A stretch of DNA of 64,000 nucleotides from Sphingobacteriales bacterium. Its GTDB lineage: Bacteria > Bacteroidota > Bacteroidia > AKYH767-A > OLB10. This document shows, piece after piece, positions 18,166-28,338 of the stretch (position 1 is its first letter; each line of letters opens with the position of its first letter). The stretch spans positions 9,101 through 73,100 of the forward strand of contig JAJTFW010000014.1 of assembly GCA_021299095.1 (NCBI GenBank), in the 5' to 3' direction. Position numbers and translations under genes: made by a program. The notes beneath the pieces are model-generated. The model was not told the origin of the DNA and did no database searches. It was given only the letters and a program-made list of their open reading frames with translations.

Positions 18166-18177
18166 TGGCTTTTTTTT
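18147..18177 (+). terminator. rho-independent terminator
   Basis: GCCACT (18147-18152) and AGTGGC (18164-18169) form a stem overlapping the stop codon, followed by T8 (18170-18177). Confidence 0.6.
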
Positions 18178-18224
18178 GTTCAGATGAAACCTTCTTAATT
18201 TTAACTCAGTATAAGAATTCGATT

Positions 18225-18300
18225 GCCGACTTAGCTCAGCTGGTAGAGCATTTCATTCGTAATGAAAGGGTCATCGGTTCGAATCCGATAGTTGGCTCCA
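18225..18300 (+). tRNA. tRNA-Thr (anticodon CGT), CCA encoded
   Basis: Folded by hand. Acceptor GCCGACT/AGTTGGC, D arm GCTC-AGCTGGTA-GAGC, anticodon arm TTTCA-TTCGTAA-TGAAA, variable GGGTC, T arm ATCGG-TTCGAAT-CCGAT, discriminator T at 18297, CCA at 18298-18300. Confidence 0.93.
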
Positions 18301-18310
18301 TAAACCATTA

Positions 18311-18332
18311 AGGCGGATTACCGCCTTTTTTT
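18311..18332 (+). terminator. rho-independent terminator after the tRNA
   Basis: AGGCGG-ATTA-CCGCCT followed by TTTTTT. Confidence 0.7.
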
Positions 18333-18632
18333 GTGCTCGGATCATTCCGAAGGAACTTCATGGATTAGAAAATTTATCCCAGACATGGTAATCAACTTAC
18401 CACCATCCGGTTGCAAATGCGTCGTAAACAAGTCCCTGCGTTATTGATAAAGGCGTAAAGTGACTGAGCATCGACTATACCTGCTCCCGAAAATTACTCC
18501 GAGAGATAAGCATTATAGATTTATAGCTATGCTTGAATAAGCCATCGATTACTATTGTAAAAGATAGCCTTCATTTGAATTGCATTGAACCTTCGCCGAA
18601 AGGTGACATGAAATTATTTGCATACGATGGAT

Positions 18633-19556
18633 TCAATTCTGCGCATTCGTATCATGCCGTGCCCCGCGAGCGATCTTAAATACATGCAACAACTGCGGGA
18701 ACAAGGCATCAAAGGTTTCCTGTGCTCCTCTTTGTGATCCCGGCAAGGTAATCACGAGCATTTCACCGATAAATCCACATACTCCTCTCGATAGCATAGC
18801 ATATGGCATTCGTGCTTGGCCATAGGATCGTGCAGCTTCCATTACACCTGGTATTTCACGATCCAAAAGAGGCGAAATTGTTTCAGGTGTGATGTCCCGA
18901 GGTGAAAGCCCAGTTCCACCGGTTATCATTAACAAGCGGATTCCATTCAAGGAGGATTTTTTTACTTCATGCTTTATGGCCTCTGGCTCATCCGGAATAA
19001 TTGTATAAAACGGCACATCAAGTCCAAGATGCTCTAATCGATCAACAAGCATGCGTCCCGCTGAATCTTCCTTTTTACCATTAGCAACAGAATCCGAGCA
19101 AACTAAAACAGCGCATGAGATAATTGGTAATTTCTCAGCATATTGGCTTTTACCGCCGGATTTTTCCAATAATCGAATACCGGTAATTTCAATCGCTTTG
19201 TCGATTGGCTTCAGCATATCGTAAACGGTAAGTGCGGCCACAGATGCACCATGCATGGCTTCTACTTCAACCCCTGTTTTGTAAACAGTCGATACGGTTA
19301 CACGGATATGCAGTTCCAATTCGTTCCATTCAAAATCGACTCGGGTATATTCAACCGGCAAGGGATGACAGTCGGGTATGAGTTCGGAAGTTTTTTTCAC
19401 ACCGAATAGTGCTGCCACACGTGCACTTTCCAGCACATTTCCTTTGGGCACTTGACCATGCACAACTGCGTCGCGGGATTGACTCTGGGAAAACTTCACG
19501 ACAGCAAGAGCAGTCGCCGTGCGGCTGGTGCTTGATTTGTGCGAGATGTCAATCAT
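18633..19556 (-). CDS. moaC: fused cyclic pyranopterin monophosphate synthase MoaC / MoaB(Mog)-type molybdopterin-binding domain
   Basis: The N-terminal half is MoaC-like (MIDISHK..T.R.A.A...V..ES..VAALFGVKKTSELIPDCHPL..VEAMHGASVAALTVYDM.K). The C-terminal half is MogA/MoaB-like (LMITGGTGLSPRDITPE). Confidence 0.85.
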   Translation of the reverse strand: MIDISHKSSTSRTATALAVVKFSQSQSRDAVVHGQVPKGNVLESARVAALFGVKKTSELIPDCHPLPVEYTRVDFEWNELELHIRVTVSTVYKTGVEVEAMHGASVAALTVYDMLKPIDKAIEITGIRLLEKSGGKSQYAEKLPIISCAVLVCSDSVANGKKEDSAGRMLVDRLEHLGLDVPFYTIIPDEPEAIKHEVKKSSLNGIRLLMITGGTGLSPRDITPETISPLLDREIPGVMEAARSYGQARMPYAMLSRGVCGFIGEMLVITLPGSQRGAQETFDALFPQLLHVFKIARGARHDTNAQN

Positions 19557-22291
19557 GCCGTGGTGAGGTGTTTCCCCTTGCTCTTACGGATATTGACGGC
19601 AACCACTTTATACTCAGGACACATAGCCTCACTGTCTTTCTCGCTACTCGTAATTGTATTCATCAACACCTCGGGAAAGTGGAAGGTCGTACTCAATACA
19701 CCCGGCTTCACTTCATCTGTAATCCGTGCCTTAACATCGACTTTTCCTCGAGCCGACTCAACGCATACAAGGTCGCCTTCAGCGATGAAGTGCCTGGATG
19801 CATCATCCGGATGAATCAGCAAATAATCTTCTGACAGGATCTTGGCGTTGTTTGTTCGCCTTGTCATTGTCCCGTTGTTGTAGTGCTCAAGCTCACGGTT
19901 CGTTGTGATGATGTAGGGATATGTTTTTCCGTGCTTCAGTATTTCTTGGGTTTCCTTCCAATCAAAGAAATGAAACTTGCCAAGTCCTCGTTTGAATGTG
20001 TCGGTATGGAGAATTTCTGTATCCTGCCCCTCTGCATTTACTGGCCATTGTTTTCCGTTTTCACCGAGTTCTTCCCATCGTACTCCAGCAAAAAACGGAA
20101 CAACGCGTGATATTTCCTCCAACACAATTGAGGGGTCATAATCAGGTTGTGCAAAACCCATTTTATTCATGATGTCGACCATTATCTGACCATCAGAACG
20201 CGTTCCTTCTAGAGGACTCACAACCTGTTGAACCCGTTGAATTCTGCGTTCACCGTTGGTAAATGTTCCGCTTTTTTCAAGGAAGGAGGCGGCAGGCAGA
20301 ACGACATGAGCATATTTACAGGTTTCGGTGAAAAAAATCTCCTGAAGTACCACGAGTTGCATTTCTTTCAGTGCTGATATGACCAGATTGGTATTGGGAT
20401 CAGTCTGCACAATATCCTCTCCCATCAACCACAGGGCCTTGAATTTGCCTTGTTGACTGGCATCGTACATTTCAGGGATCTTCAATCCTTTACGTATTGG
20501 AATTGGAACTCCGTAATGGGCCGAATATACTTTGTTGATTTCCGGGTCATACGCATCAAGGTAACCTGCTCCCTGATGTGGCTGACATCCCATGTCTGCA
20601 GCCCCCTGAACATTGTTTTGACCACGAAGCGGATTTACTCCAACTCCGCGTCTGCCAATGTTTCCTGTAATCATGGCAAGGTCAGCGATGAGCATCACCG
20701 TGTATGAACCTTGGCTATGCTCTGTAACTCCGAGCCCGTGAAAGGACATGGCATTGGGTGCTTTGGCGTAGGCTTGTGCTGCTGCACGAACAAGATTACG
20801 GTCTACTCCGGTCACTTGCTCTAGATCTGCCACATTCAATCCCAGAATGTGTTTCTTGAAATCCTCGTATCCCTCGGTTCTTTGCTTGATGAACTCGCTG
20901 TTCTCCAAACCATCTGCGACGATATAATATAAAAGCATGTCCAACAACGCGACATTCGTTCCGGGTCGTAGTTGAAGGTGGTAAGTTGCATAACGTGCAA
21001 GCTCTGTGCGTCGGGGATCAATAACGATGGTAGTTTTCCCCTTCATCGCAAACTGCTTCATCTTTGCGCCAGTAACAGGGTGTGCATCGGTCGGGTTTGC
21101 TCCAATCACCATGATGCAATCCGTGTACTTCAAATCGACTATTGAATTGGTAGCCGCTCCAGTTCCAAAGCTGCGTTGCATTCCTAGTGCAGTTGGTGAG
21201 TGACACACACGAGCACATGAATCAACATTGTTCGTACCAATCACGGCACGAACAAATTTCTGCATCAAATAATTTTCCTCATTCGTACACCGAGCAGATG
21301 AAATAGCACCGATACTATCGGCTCCATATTCGGATTTGATTCGGGTCAGTTCATTGGCGATGTACTCGTAGGCTTCATCCCAGCTTGCAGGGGTCAGCGT
21401 TCCGTTTTTACGAATCAGCGGTGTTCGTAAACGATCCGGGTGATTGTAAAACGAGAAAGCAAATCGCCCCTTCAGGCAGGTGTGCCCCTGATTTACTGCT
21501 GCATCGTACGGAGCCTGAATGGATTTCACAGCATTGTGACTGACCGCAACTTCCAGGTTACAGCCCACACCACAATAGGTGCATACCGTCCGTATTTTTT
21601 TATCGGCACTAACGGATTTTGACTCGAAAATATCACTGATGGCAGATGTCGGACACGCCTGAGCACAGGCACCACAGCTTACACAGTCCGATTCGGCAAA
21701 TGAGTTGTCGAAACCTTTTATAATTCGCGCATCAAATCCACGACCAGCCATGCTCAACACCATTTCCCCTTGAACTTCGTCACAGGCCCGAACACACCTA
21801 GCACAGTTGATGCATTTTGAAAGATCAGAGGTCATATAGGGATGACTTAAATCTTTTTTGCGGTCGAGGTGGTTTGCGCCTTCCGGATATCGAACTGAAC
21901 GAATTCCCACCCGGGCAGCAACACTTTGCAATTCACAATTGTTGTTCACCTCACAAGTCAAACAATCGAGTGGATGGTCTGTAAGAACCAATTCAACGAT
22001 GTTGCGGCGCAAACGTTGAACGCGTTCTGAATCCGTTTGGATATGGGAATTCGGAATTACTGGAGTGTGGCATGAGGCCTGTGATTTTGCGGGACCTCCC
22101 AACGAAAGTGATACGTCTACACTACAAACTCTACAGGCACCGTAGGGCTCCAGATTCGGAGCATCGCACAGTGTAGGGACAAGGTCTTTACCCAGATGAC
22201 GTCGAACAAATGACAGGATAGTTTCGCCCTGGATTACAGGGTATGATTTCCCATTGATGTATGCTGTTTGTTCCATGGATGACTTATTCAA
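19553..22291 (-). CDS. fdsA: NAD-linked formate dehydrogenase catalytic (alpha) subunit, Cys-type molybdopterin enzyme
   Basis: N-terminal 2Fe-2S (PYGACRVCSV), several 4Fe-4S Cys clusters (CINCARCVRAC, CVSCGACAQACP, CTYCGVGC), active-site VDSCARVCHSPT (Cys where FdhF has Sec), 912 aa. Confidence 0.9.
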   Translation of the reverse strand: MNKSSMEQTAYINGKSYPVIQGETILSFVRRHLGKDLVPTLCDAPNLEPYGACRVCSVDVSLSLGGPAKSQASCHTPVIPNSHIQTDSERVQRLRRNIVELVLTDHPLDCLTCEVNNNCELQSVAARVGIRSVRYPEGANHLDRKKDLSHPYMTSDLSKCINCARCVRACDEVQGEMVLSMAGRGFDARIIKGFDNSFAESDCVSCGACAQACPTSAISDIFESKSVSADKKIRTVCTYCGVGCNLEVAVSHNAVKSIQAPYDAAVNQGHTCLKGRFAFSFYNHPDRLRTPLIRKNGTLTPASWDEAYEYIANELTRIKSEYGADSIGAISSARCTNEENYLMQKFVRAVIGTNNVDSCARVCHSPTALGMQRSFGTGAATNSIVDLKYTDCIMVIGANPTDAHPVTGAKMKQFAMKGKTTIVIDPRRTELARYATYHLQLRPGTNVALLDMLLYYIVADGLENSEFIKQRTEGYEDFKKHILGLNVADLEQVTGVDRNLVRAAAQAYAKAPNAMSFHGLGVTEHSQGSYTVMLIADLAMITGNIGRRGVGVNPLRGQNNVQGAADMGCQPHQGAGYLDAYDPEINKVYSAHYGVPIPIRKGLKIPEMYDASQQGKFKALWLMGEDIVQTDPNTNLVISALKEMQLVVLQEIFFTETCKYAHVVLPAASFLEKSGTFTNGERRIQRVQQVVSPLEGTRSDGQIMVDIMNKMGFAQPDYDPSIVLEEISRVVPFFAGVRWEELGENGKQWPVNAEGQDTEILHTDTFKRGLGKFHFFDWKETQEILKHGKTYPYIITTNRELEHYNNGTMTRRTNNAKILSEDYLLIHPDDASRHFIAEGDLVCVESARGKVDVKARITDEVKPGVLSTTFHFPEVLMNTITSSEKDSEAMCPEYKVVAVNIRKSKGKHLTTA

Positions 22292-23847
22292 AATAAGGGC
22301 CTAATTCTTCTTTAAAATACAGCAATGCATTCCGCACAGGGAGTGGTAAACCTCCGCCCAATGCACACAACGAACCGATTTCCAATGCCTCAAGAAGGTC
22401 AGAGAACAATTCTTTTGGCATTTTATAGTTTCCATCTTTCGCCTTTTGAATCATTTCCTTTCCACGTGTGGATCCCAAACGGCAGGGAAAACACTTACCA
22501 CAACTTTCATGTGCGGTGAATTCAAAAAGATGACCGAGGTATTCAATTAAGGGATACTCCTCGGGAATGCAAACGATAGAGGCATGTCCAAGTAAAAAGC
22601 CTGCTTTTGAAAAGCTATCAAAATCAATTGTAAGCTCATCGATTTTAGAAACAGGCACAAGCCCACCAAGGGGGCCGCCGATATGCATCGCCTTTATTGG
22701 TTTTCGAAATCCCCTACCTAGCTCATCAATAACAGTTCGTAAGGGTGTACCCATTTCCACTTCAACCAATCCGGGCTGATTAAAGTGCCCGTCGAGGCAA
22801 ACTAGCTTAGTTCCTTTTGATCGATCTGTACCAATTGCCGCGTAGGCCTGACCTCCAGAATCTGCGATAAAAGGCAGATTGGCCAATGTCTCCACATTGT
22901 TGACGACAGTTGGCATATTGAACAATCCCATTTGCGTGGGATACGGCGGACGTACCCTGACTTCAGGGCGCTGGCCTTCGATCGATGACAACAAAGCGGT
23001 TTCTTCGCCACAGATATAGGCCCACAGCAGATTCAATACGTAATACGGATTCGGGATATTCGCCTCGAATGTAAACCACACCACGATTTGCTCCGGTTAC
23101 ATATCCAGCCAGCATCATCCCTGCCAAAAGCATGTACGGTCTTTGCTCAAGAATATAACGATCGGAAAAAGCGCCGGGATCTCCCTCATCCGCATTGCAA
23201 ACAATAAATTTGACTTCAGACGATTCATTCCTACAGGCTTCCAATTTGAATCCGATAGGAAAACCGGCACCTCCCCTGCCTCGCAGGGATGCAATTTTAA
23301 ATTCATTCAGTAGACTAGTTGGATCTGTACTGAACCACTTCTTCATTGATTCATACAATTCATCCAGTGATTTCGGATTCGCAGTCAGAATTGCAGTACC
23401 ATGAGCTCCAACACGCCATTGCTCCTGCGTCTCAGCCTTGCAATCCAGTATTGCAGGCAGTTCTTCCAGGTCATGGCCGGAAAAATTCTTACCGTTCAAG
23501 TGAAATGCTGCATTTTCGTGACATCGTCCAAGGCAGCACATTTCACCAATTTCGTTAGCACTGAAGTGGTTCCTTAGCGTGTGTTTAACTTTTGATTGGG
23601 TACCTGCAGTCATGCAGGCTGTTCCATTGCATATGTAAACTTTTTTTCCCTTGTTTTCGGGCCGTAAGAAATCATAAAACGTGGTTGCGCCGTATACGGT
23701 TGATTTTCCAACGAGAAATTCATCCCTAAGACTATCAAGATCGCTTAATTCAGGGGTTCCAATCGCTTCAGCAGCCTGACCCATTTTTTCAAATAGGTTT
23801 TCCTCTAGTCCTTTTCTGCCTGTGAGGTAACTTATATTTTTTGACAT
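22284..23847 (-). pseudogene. fdsB: NuoE-NuoF-like diaphorase subunit of formate dehydrogenase (FdsG/FdsB fusion), interrupted by an internal out-of-frame deletion
   Basis: ORF 22963..23847 carries the NuoE-like 2Fe-2S (CNGTACMTAG, CCLGRC) and the first NuoF motifs (GRGGAGFPIGFK, CNADEGDPGAF, YIRGEYPES). ORF 22284..23084, in another frame, begins within AYICGEETALLSSIEG and contains ESCGKCFPCRLG. The two frames meet near 23020. Confidence 0.75.
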
Positions 23848-23855
23848 ATTTAAGT

Positions 23856-24668
23856 CTAGTTTATCGTTTGGGCAGTTAGCCCTTTTAGGCGTCCGGGATT
23901 TGCGTATACAGTGAATTTATTCTGCCTGCAAAAGGCCAGAACTGTCATGCCATGCTCCATTGCGGTTGAAACAGCAAGGTCCGATGGTGCCGATACGGAT
24001 GCCAAAACTGGAATGCCTGCTGCAGCTGTTTTGCTGACAATTTCATAGCTGATACGTCCGCTGACACACAGGATAACTGCACGTTCAATTTCGCCGGCTA
24101 GCAAGAGATGTCCAACTACTTTGTCGACGGCATTGTGTCGACCAATATCTTCTTTTAGGGAAAGTAACTTGCCGTTCTGATCAAATGCAGCAGCAGCATG
24201 GGTTCCTCCGCTTGCTGCAAAGTCGCGCTGATGCTGCTGCATTGTACTAAACAAACCGGGAATCACATCGGGATCAATCTCAACACCTTGTTGATGAAAA
24301 GGTGCTGACGGAAAGTCTCCCAGCTCTGTTTTTCCACACAATCCACAAGACGAAACCGAACTGAGATTACGCATGGAGGAAAGTGGATTATCGCGCAGTC
24401 CTGATACAGAAAGCACATTAATCCCTGTCAAACATCCCGTAGCATCTTTAGGTTCAGTTTCGAATCTAAGGGGAATATCCGCTGGAGTAATCAATCCCTC
24501 GGTGAATAGTAGTCCATGCACCAATTCAACTTCATTCCCGGGCGAGTGCATGGTAATGGTGAAGGGTTGATCAGAAATGGAAATCCGAAAAGCGATTTCG
24601 GATGCGAGCGTATCCCGAACCTGCGCCCAGCCACCATCTTTGTAACACCAACCCTCTCCGCATCCCAT
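23856..24668 (-). CDS. fdhD: formate dehydrogenase accessory sulfurtransferase FdhD
   Basis: Conserved SSCGLCGK loop, GGTHAAA, GRHNAVDKV. Confidence 0.9.
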   Translation of the reverse strand: MGCGEGWCYKDGGWAQVRDTLASEIAFRISISDQPFTITMHSPGNEVELVHGLLFTEGLITPADIPLRFETEPKDATGCLTGINVLSVSGLRDNPLSSMRNLSSVSSCGLCGKTELGDFPSAPFHQQGVEIDPDVIPGLFSTMQQHQRDFAASGGTHAAAAFDQNGKLLSLKEDIGRHNAVDKVVGHLLLAGEIERAVILCVSGRISYEIVSKTAAAGIPVLASVSAPSDLAVSTAMEHGMTVLAFCRQNKFTVYANPGRLKGLTAQTIN

Positions 24669-24679
24669 GGGTTCGGCAA

Positions 24680-26365
24680 TCAGGATAGTCCTACAATTTG
24701 ACCATTGTTATCGATGTCCATACCCTCAGATGCGGGAACAGGTGGTAGTCCGGGCATCCGCATGATCTGTCCTAAAACAGGTACGACAAACCCCGCTCCG
24801 GCTGCGAGTTCGAATTCCCTGACATTCACAGTGAATCCGCTTGGACGCCCTATTTTCTTTTCATCATCGGAAAATGACATTTGCGTTTTCGCCATGCATA
24901 CGGGAAGGTTATTGTATCCGAGCTCGATGTATTCTTTCAATTGAGTTCGCGCTTTACCCGTGTACGTTACCGCATCCGCACCATAAATCTCTTTCGCGAT
25001 GCGTTCGATTTTCTGTTCTATTGGCAAACTGTAATCGTAAAGAGCATTGTAGTTGTTTTCACCGCTTTCTATGGATTCCACAACAGCACGGGCAAGCTCG
25101 CATGTTCCTTCGCCTCCAAACTCCCAACCTTTTGAAACAACCGCACGCACGCCCATAGCAGTACACCAATTCACAACGGAATTCAATTCAACTTCTGTAT
25201 CGGTATAGAAATGATTGATGGCGACAACCGGATTTAGTCCGAACTTCCTGCAGTTCTCAATGTGTTTCGCAAGATTCTGAAAACCCTTCTCCAAGAAATC
25301 AGGATTGGGCGTGTTGTATTCGGCTTTTTTCGCACCGCCGTGATGTCGTAATGCGCGTAACGTTGCCACAAGTACCATGGCTTTGGGTTTCAAGCCGGCC
25401 ATAGGACATTTGATATCCAAAAACTTCTCTGCTCCCAAGTCGGCGCCAAAACCAGCTTCAGTGACAACATAGTCGCATAAACTCAATCCCATTTTTGTTG
25501 CCAGAATGGTATTGGTTCCTTGAGCAATGTTTGCAAAGGGTCCGCCATGAATGATGGCAGGATTTCCTTCAAGTGTTTGCACGAGATTCGGTTTAATGGC
25601 ATCCCTCAGCAGGATAGCCATGGCTCCTTCAGCCTTCAGATCTCTTGCATAGACCGGCTTCTTGTCGAAGGTGTAACCAATGAATATGTTACCCAGGCGT
25701 TTTTTTAGGTCTTCCATGTCTTTCGACAGGCATACGATGGCCATTACCTCAGACGCTGCCGTAATATTGAACCCATCTTCTCGTGGAATGCCATTGGCAC
25801 TTCCTCCAATACCGATAATAATCTGGCGAAGCGCACGGTCATTCATGTCCATCACACGTTTCCAGCTAATTGTGCGGGGATCGATATTGAGGCTTCGGGT
25901 TTTGCTTTGGAGATTGTTATCAATTAATGCAGCAAGCAAGTTGTTCGCTTTTTCAATTGCGGAAAAATCGCCGGTAAAATGGAGATTTATGTCAATCATA
26001 GGAATGACTTGGGAATATCCTCCCCCTGCGGCACCGCCTTTGACACCAAAAACCGGACCCAGGGAAGGCTCTCGCAACACGACCGCAGCGTCTTTTCCGA
26101 TCTTATTTAGTCCGTCGGAGAGGCCAATCGATACCGTTGTCTTTCCCTCGCCAGCAGGCGTAGGATTGATGGCTGAAACGAGAATCAGATTGCCCTTTGC
26201 AATCTTCTCTTCGTCGATGAGGTCTAACGGTAACTTCGCTTTGAATCGACCATATTGTTCAATCAGTTCGGCATCAATTCCGAGGCGCTCTGCGATTTGA
26301 CGAATTGGACGAATTGCAGCGCGGGTGGCGATTTCAAGGTCGCTCAGGTGTTCTGTCGTTAGCAT
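24680..26365 (-). CDS. fhs: formate--tetrahydrofolate ligase
   Basis: 561 aa with PTPAGEGKTT P-loop, EPSLGPVFGVKGGAAGGGY, and typical Fhs length. Confidence 0.95.
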   Translation of the reverse strand: MLTTEHLSDLEIATRAAIRPIRQIAERLGIDAELIEQYGRFKAKLPLDLIDEEKIAKGNLILVSAINPTPAGEGKTTVSIGLSDGLNKIGKDAAVVLREPSLGPVFGVKGGAAGGGYSQVIPMIDINLHFTGDFSAIEKANNLLAALIDNNLQSKTRSLNIDPRTISWKRVMDMNDRALRQIIIGIGGSANGIPREDGFNITAASEVMAIVCLSKDMEDLKKRLGNIFIGYTFDKKPVYARDLKAEGAMAILLRDAIKPNLVQTLEGNPAIIHGGPFANIAQGTNTILATKMGLSLCDYVVTEAGFGADLGAEKFLDIKCPMAGLKPKAMVLVATLRALRHHGGAKKAEYNTPNPDFLEKGFQNLAKHIENCRKFGLNPVVAINHFYTDTEVELNSVVNWCTAMGVRAVVSKGWEFGGEGTCELARAVVESIESGENNYNALYDYSLPIEQKIERIAKEIYGADAVTYTGKARTQLKEYIELGYNNLPVCMAKTQMSFSDDEKKIGRPSGFTVNVREFELAAGAGFVVPVLGQIMRMPGLPPVPASEGMDIDNNGQIVGLS

Positions 26366-26374
26366 AGATGTAAT

Positions 26375-26821
26375 TCAACGGTTCTCCTTCCAAAGATAGC
26401 TTTGATCACTCAATTCTTCCTGCCCCCAAATGGGCACTTCCCGCTTAATCCGTTCAACGATTTCCGAACAGGCCTCAATGGCTTCTTTTCGGTGAGTAGC
26501 AGAGGTGAACACAAAGAGGCAAATTTCTCCCACCAACACTCGTCCAAGGCTGTGGTGTATATGCATGCAGGTAATGGGGTGTTTTCCGAAAACCTCTTCA
26601 CGGATCCGGGTAATCTCAGCCGTAGCCATCTCTTCATAGGCCGTATAGGAAATTGAGGCAACGGTTTGACCTGATGTTGTCTGATCTGCTCTTACCTGCC
26701 CGAGAAAAATGCTGTGTCCACCAATACTGATTTTGGCTTGGTGAGCAGCGATGGAATCCGCAATGAAATTGGGACTAATAGCGCCTTGTACAAATGGGTT
26801 TTGTGATTTCTTGGTACTCAT
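26375..26821 (-). CDS. moaE: molybdopterin synthase catalytic subunit MoaE
   Basis: 148 aa with MoaE-like GEICLFVFTSATHRKEA..ERIKREVPIWGQE. Sits in the moaD-moeB-moaE block. Confidence 0.8.
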   Translation of the reverse strand: MSTKKSQNPFVQGAISPNFIADSIAAHQAKISIGGHSIFLGQVRADQTTSGQTVASISYTAYEEMATAEITRIREEVFGKHPITCMHIHHSLGRVLVGEICLFVFTSATHRKEAIEACSEIVERIKREVPIWGQEELSDQSYLWKENR

Positions 26822-27549
26822 AGAGGTTGAACCGGGTTTGCCTTTAGGCTTATCGTGTATTGTTGGTATGTTTCAAGATTTAGTATCAGCATTTTAGCTG
26901 CCAATGCGCTACCTCTACCAAGTAGAATATTGATGGTTTCTCGAGCTTGTATCAAAGCGGCAACACCGGGATCGGTTCCAATTACGCCATGAATGCTGCA
27001 AGAAAAACGTTCAGGAATATTTCCCGATTCAGGCGGAAAAACATCCCGATAACGCAGCGGCAACTCACCTTCTAAGCTCAATCCAAATACCGCTACCTGT
27101 ATCTCTTGTCCCTCGACCGCTGCATGCACCCAGGGAAGTCCCAGTCCAGCGCATTGTTGATCAATCAAGTACCGTGTTGACAAGCGATCGGTACAATCCA
27201 CAATCACGTTCCAATCGGACTTCAACATGTCCACTGTCGATTCGGAAAGGTGCTCTGATATCGCCTCCAAAACGATTTCGGTGTTACGCTCTTTAAGTAT
27301 TCGTACAGCTTCGATCGCTTTATTTTTTCCGACACTATCTTCCGTAAAAAGCACTTGCCTATGCAAGTTGGTGATATCTACAAAATCGCCATCCGCTATA
27401 GCAATCGTACCTACCCCAGCAGCGGCAAGGTATAGCAATAACGGACAACCAAGTCCGCCAGCCCCGATTACCAAAACACGCCCGTTTTTTAATCGGTCTT
27501 GACCGGCTGCACCAACAAAGTGCAGGATTTCCTGTCGATGGTATCTCAT
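26818..27549 (-). CDS. moeB: molybdopterin-synthase adenylyltransferase (MoeB/ThiF/HesA family)
   Basis: RYHRQEIL..VLVIGAGGLGCP..DGDFVDITNLHRQVLF. 4-nt overlaps with both neighbours. Confidence 0.85.
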   Translation of the reverse strand: MRYHRQEILHFVGAAGQDRLKNGRVLVIGAGGLGCPLLLYLAAAGVGTIAIADGDFVDITNLHRQVLFTEDSVGKNKAIEAVRILKERNTEIVLEAISEHLSESTVDMLKSDWNVIVDCTDRLSTRYLIDQQCAGLGLPWVHAAVEGQEIQVAVFGLSLEGELPLRYRDVFPPESGNIPERFSCSIHGVIGTDPGVAALIQARETINILLGRGSALAAKMLILNLETYQQYTISLKANPVQPL

Positions 27550-27773
27550 CCTCCTGAAAAAGGAGGAAGCAGAGCAACCTCTGAATTGTTATCAAGATTG
27601 AGCTCATCCGTTACCACAACCTTATTTACAGCGATGGCGAACACCTCGCGTTCAAGTTGTGGAAATAGTCTGTTCAATTCATGCCGGAGTTCCTGAACCG
27701 AATTAACTGTGTCGATTTCGATCTGCGACGAACCAACGAGTTCATTCAGTCGTCCGAATGCCAAAATTTTCAT
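27546..27773 (-). CDS. moaD: molybdopterin synthase sulfur-carrier subunit MoaD
   Basis: 75 aa, ubiquitin-like size, C-terminal ..LLPPFSGG. Confidence 0.85.
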   Translation of the reverse strand: MKILAFGRLNELVGSSQIEIDTVNSVQELRHELNRLFPQLEREVFAIAVNKVVVTDELNLDNNSEVALLPPFSGG

Positions 27774-28333
27774 GAGCCGAATGCTTGTTTTAACCGGGTG
27801 AAATCTTCAGGCCTATTTAGGTTTAATAGGATATCCTTATTGATTGTCAGTGTCAATTCGGCTACTCCAAAATCGGTTTCACAAAACGAAATTAGATCCG
27901 TGAGCTTCCGAATCCCCTTGGCTAATCCAATTTGCCATGCATCAGCGAGTTCGGCACTGTACACAGCACATAAGGGTTCCAGTCCATTTTCACCTTTTGT
28001 TAGCGTAACACGATGGCTGGCGGACCTTGCAATCAATTCGCGAAGCCATTCCTCAGTCATCAGAGGCATATCGCAGGCTAGCACTAAAAACGACCCCTTA
28101 CCTGCATCCTTCATTGCAGCAAGAATTCCACCTGCAGGGCCTACAGCCTGAATGCTGTCAGGAATGGCGGCTACACCATCAACATCCGGCTTTCCAACAA
28201 CGACAACCCTGCTGCACAACTGAGCGGCGATATCAACCATGTGAGTTAACATGCGCTTTCCCTTCCACATCAGTTCCGTTTTATCGGACCCCATGCGCGA
28301 ACTCCTTCCGCCAGCCATGATGTATGCATTCAC
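27770..28333 (-). CDS. mobA: molybdenum cofactor guanylyltransferase MobA
   Basis: N-terminal IMAGGRSSRMG and LVLACDMP. Start set at GTG 28333 (ATG 28318 is an alternative). The track ORF runs to 28759, but that extension overlaps the TauE gene. Confidence 0.8.
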   Translation of the reverse strand: MNAYIMAGGRSSRMGSDKTELMWKGKRMLTHMVDIAAQLCSRVVVVGKPDVDGVAAIPDSIQAVGPAGGILAAMKDAGKGSFLVLACDMPLMTEEWLRELIARSASHRVTLTKGENGLEPLCAVYSAELADAWQIGLAKGIRKLTDLISFCETDFGVAELTLTINKDILLNLNRPEDFTRLKQAFGS

Positions 28334-28338
28334 TTTTT

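Noticed and set aside
18345-18470. A possible decayed tyrosine-integrase C-terminus on the minus strand next to tRNA-Thr. Frames read ..TTHLQPDGGKLITMSGINFLIH.. and ..YDAFATGWW*.
   Set aside because: The resemblance to the R-H-x-x-A-T-H-L / LLGH boxes amounts to a few residues spread over competing frames. There is no catalytic Tyr context, and the evidence falls well below what I can support without a search. tBLASTn or an HMM search of 18301-18632 would settle it.
25680-26300. A 206-aa ORF antisense to fhs. Similar long antisense ORFs occur at 43431-43940 (opposite TauE), 52374-52883 (opposite MlaD), 54304-54928 and 58169-58564.
   Set aside because: Each lies entirely inside a confidently identified gene on the other strand. 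Their sequences are low-complexity (Ser/Pro/Arg/Ile-rich) and carry no motifs. This is typical stop-poor antisense-frame noise.
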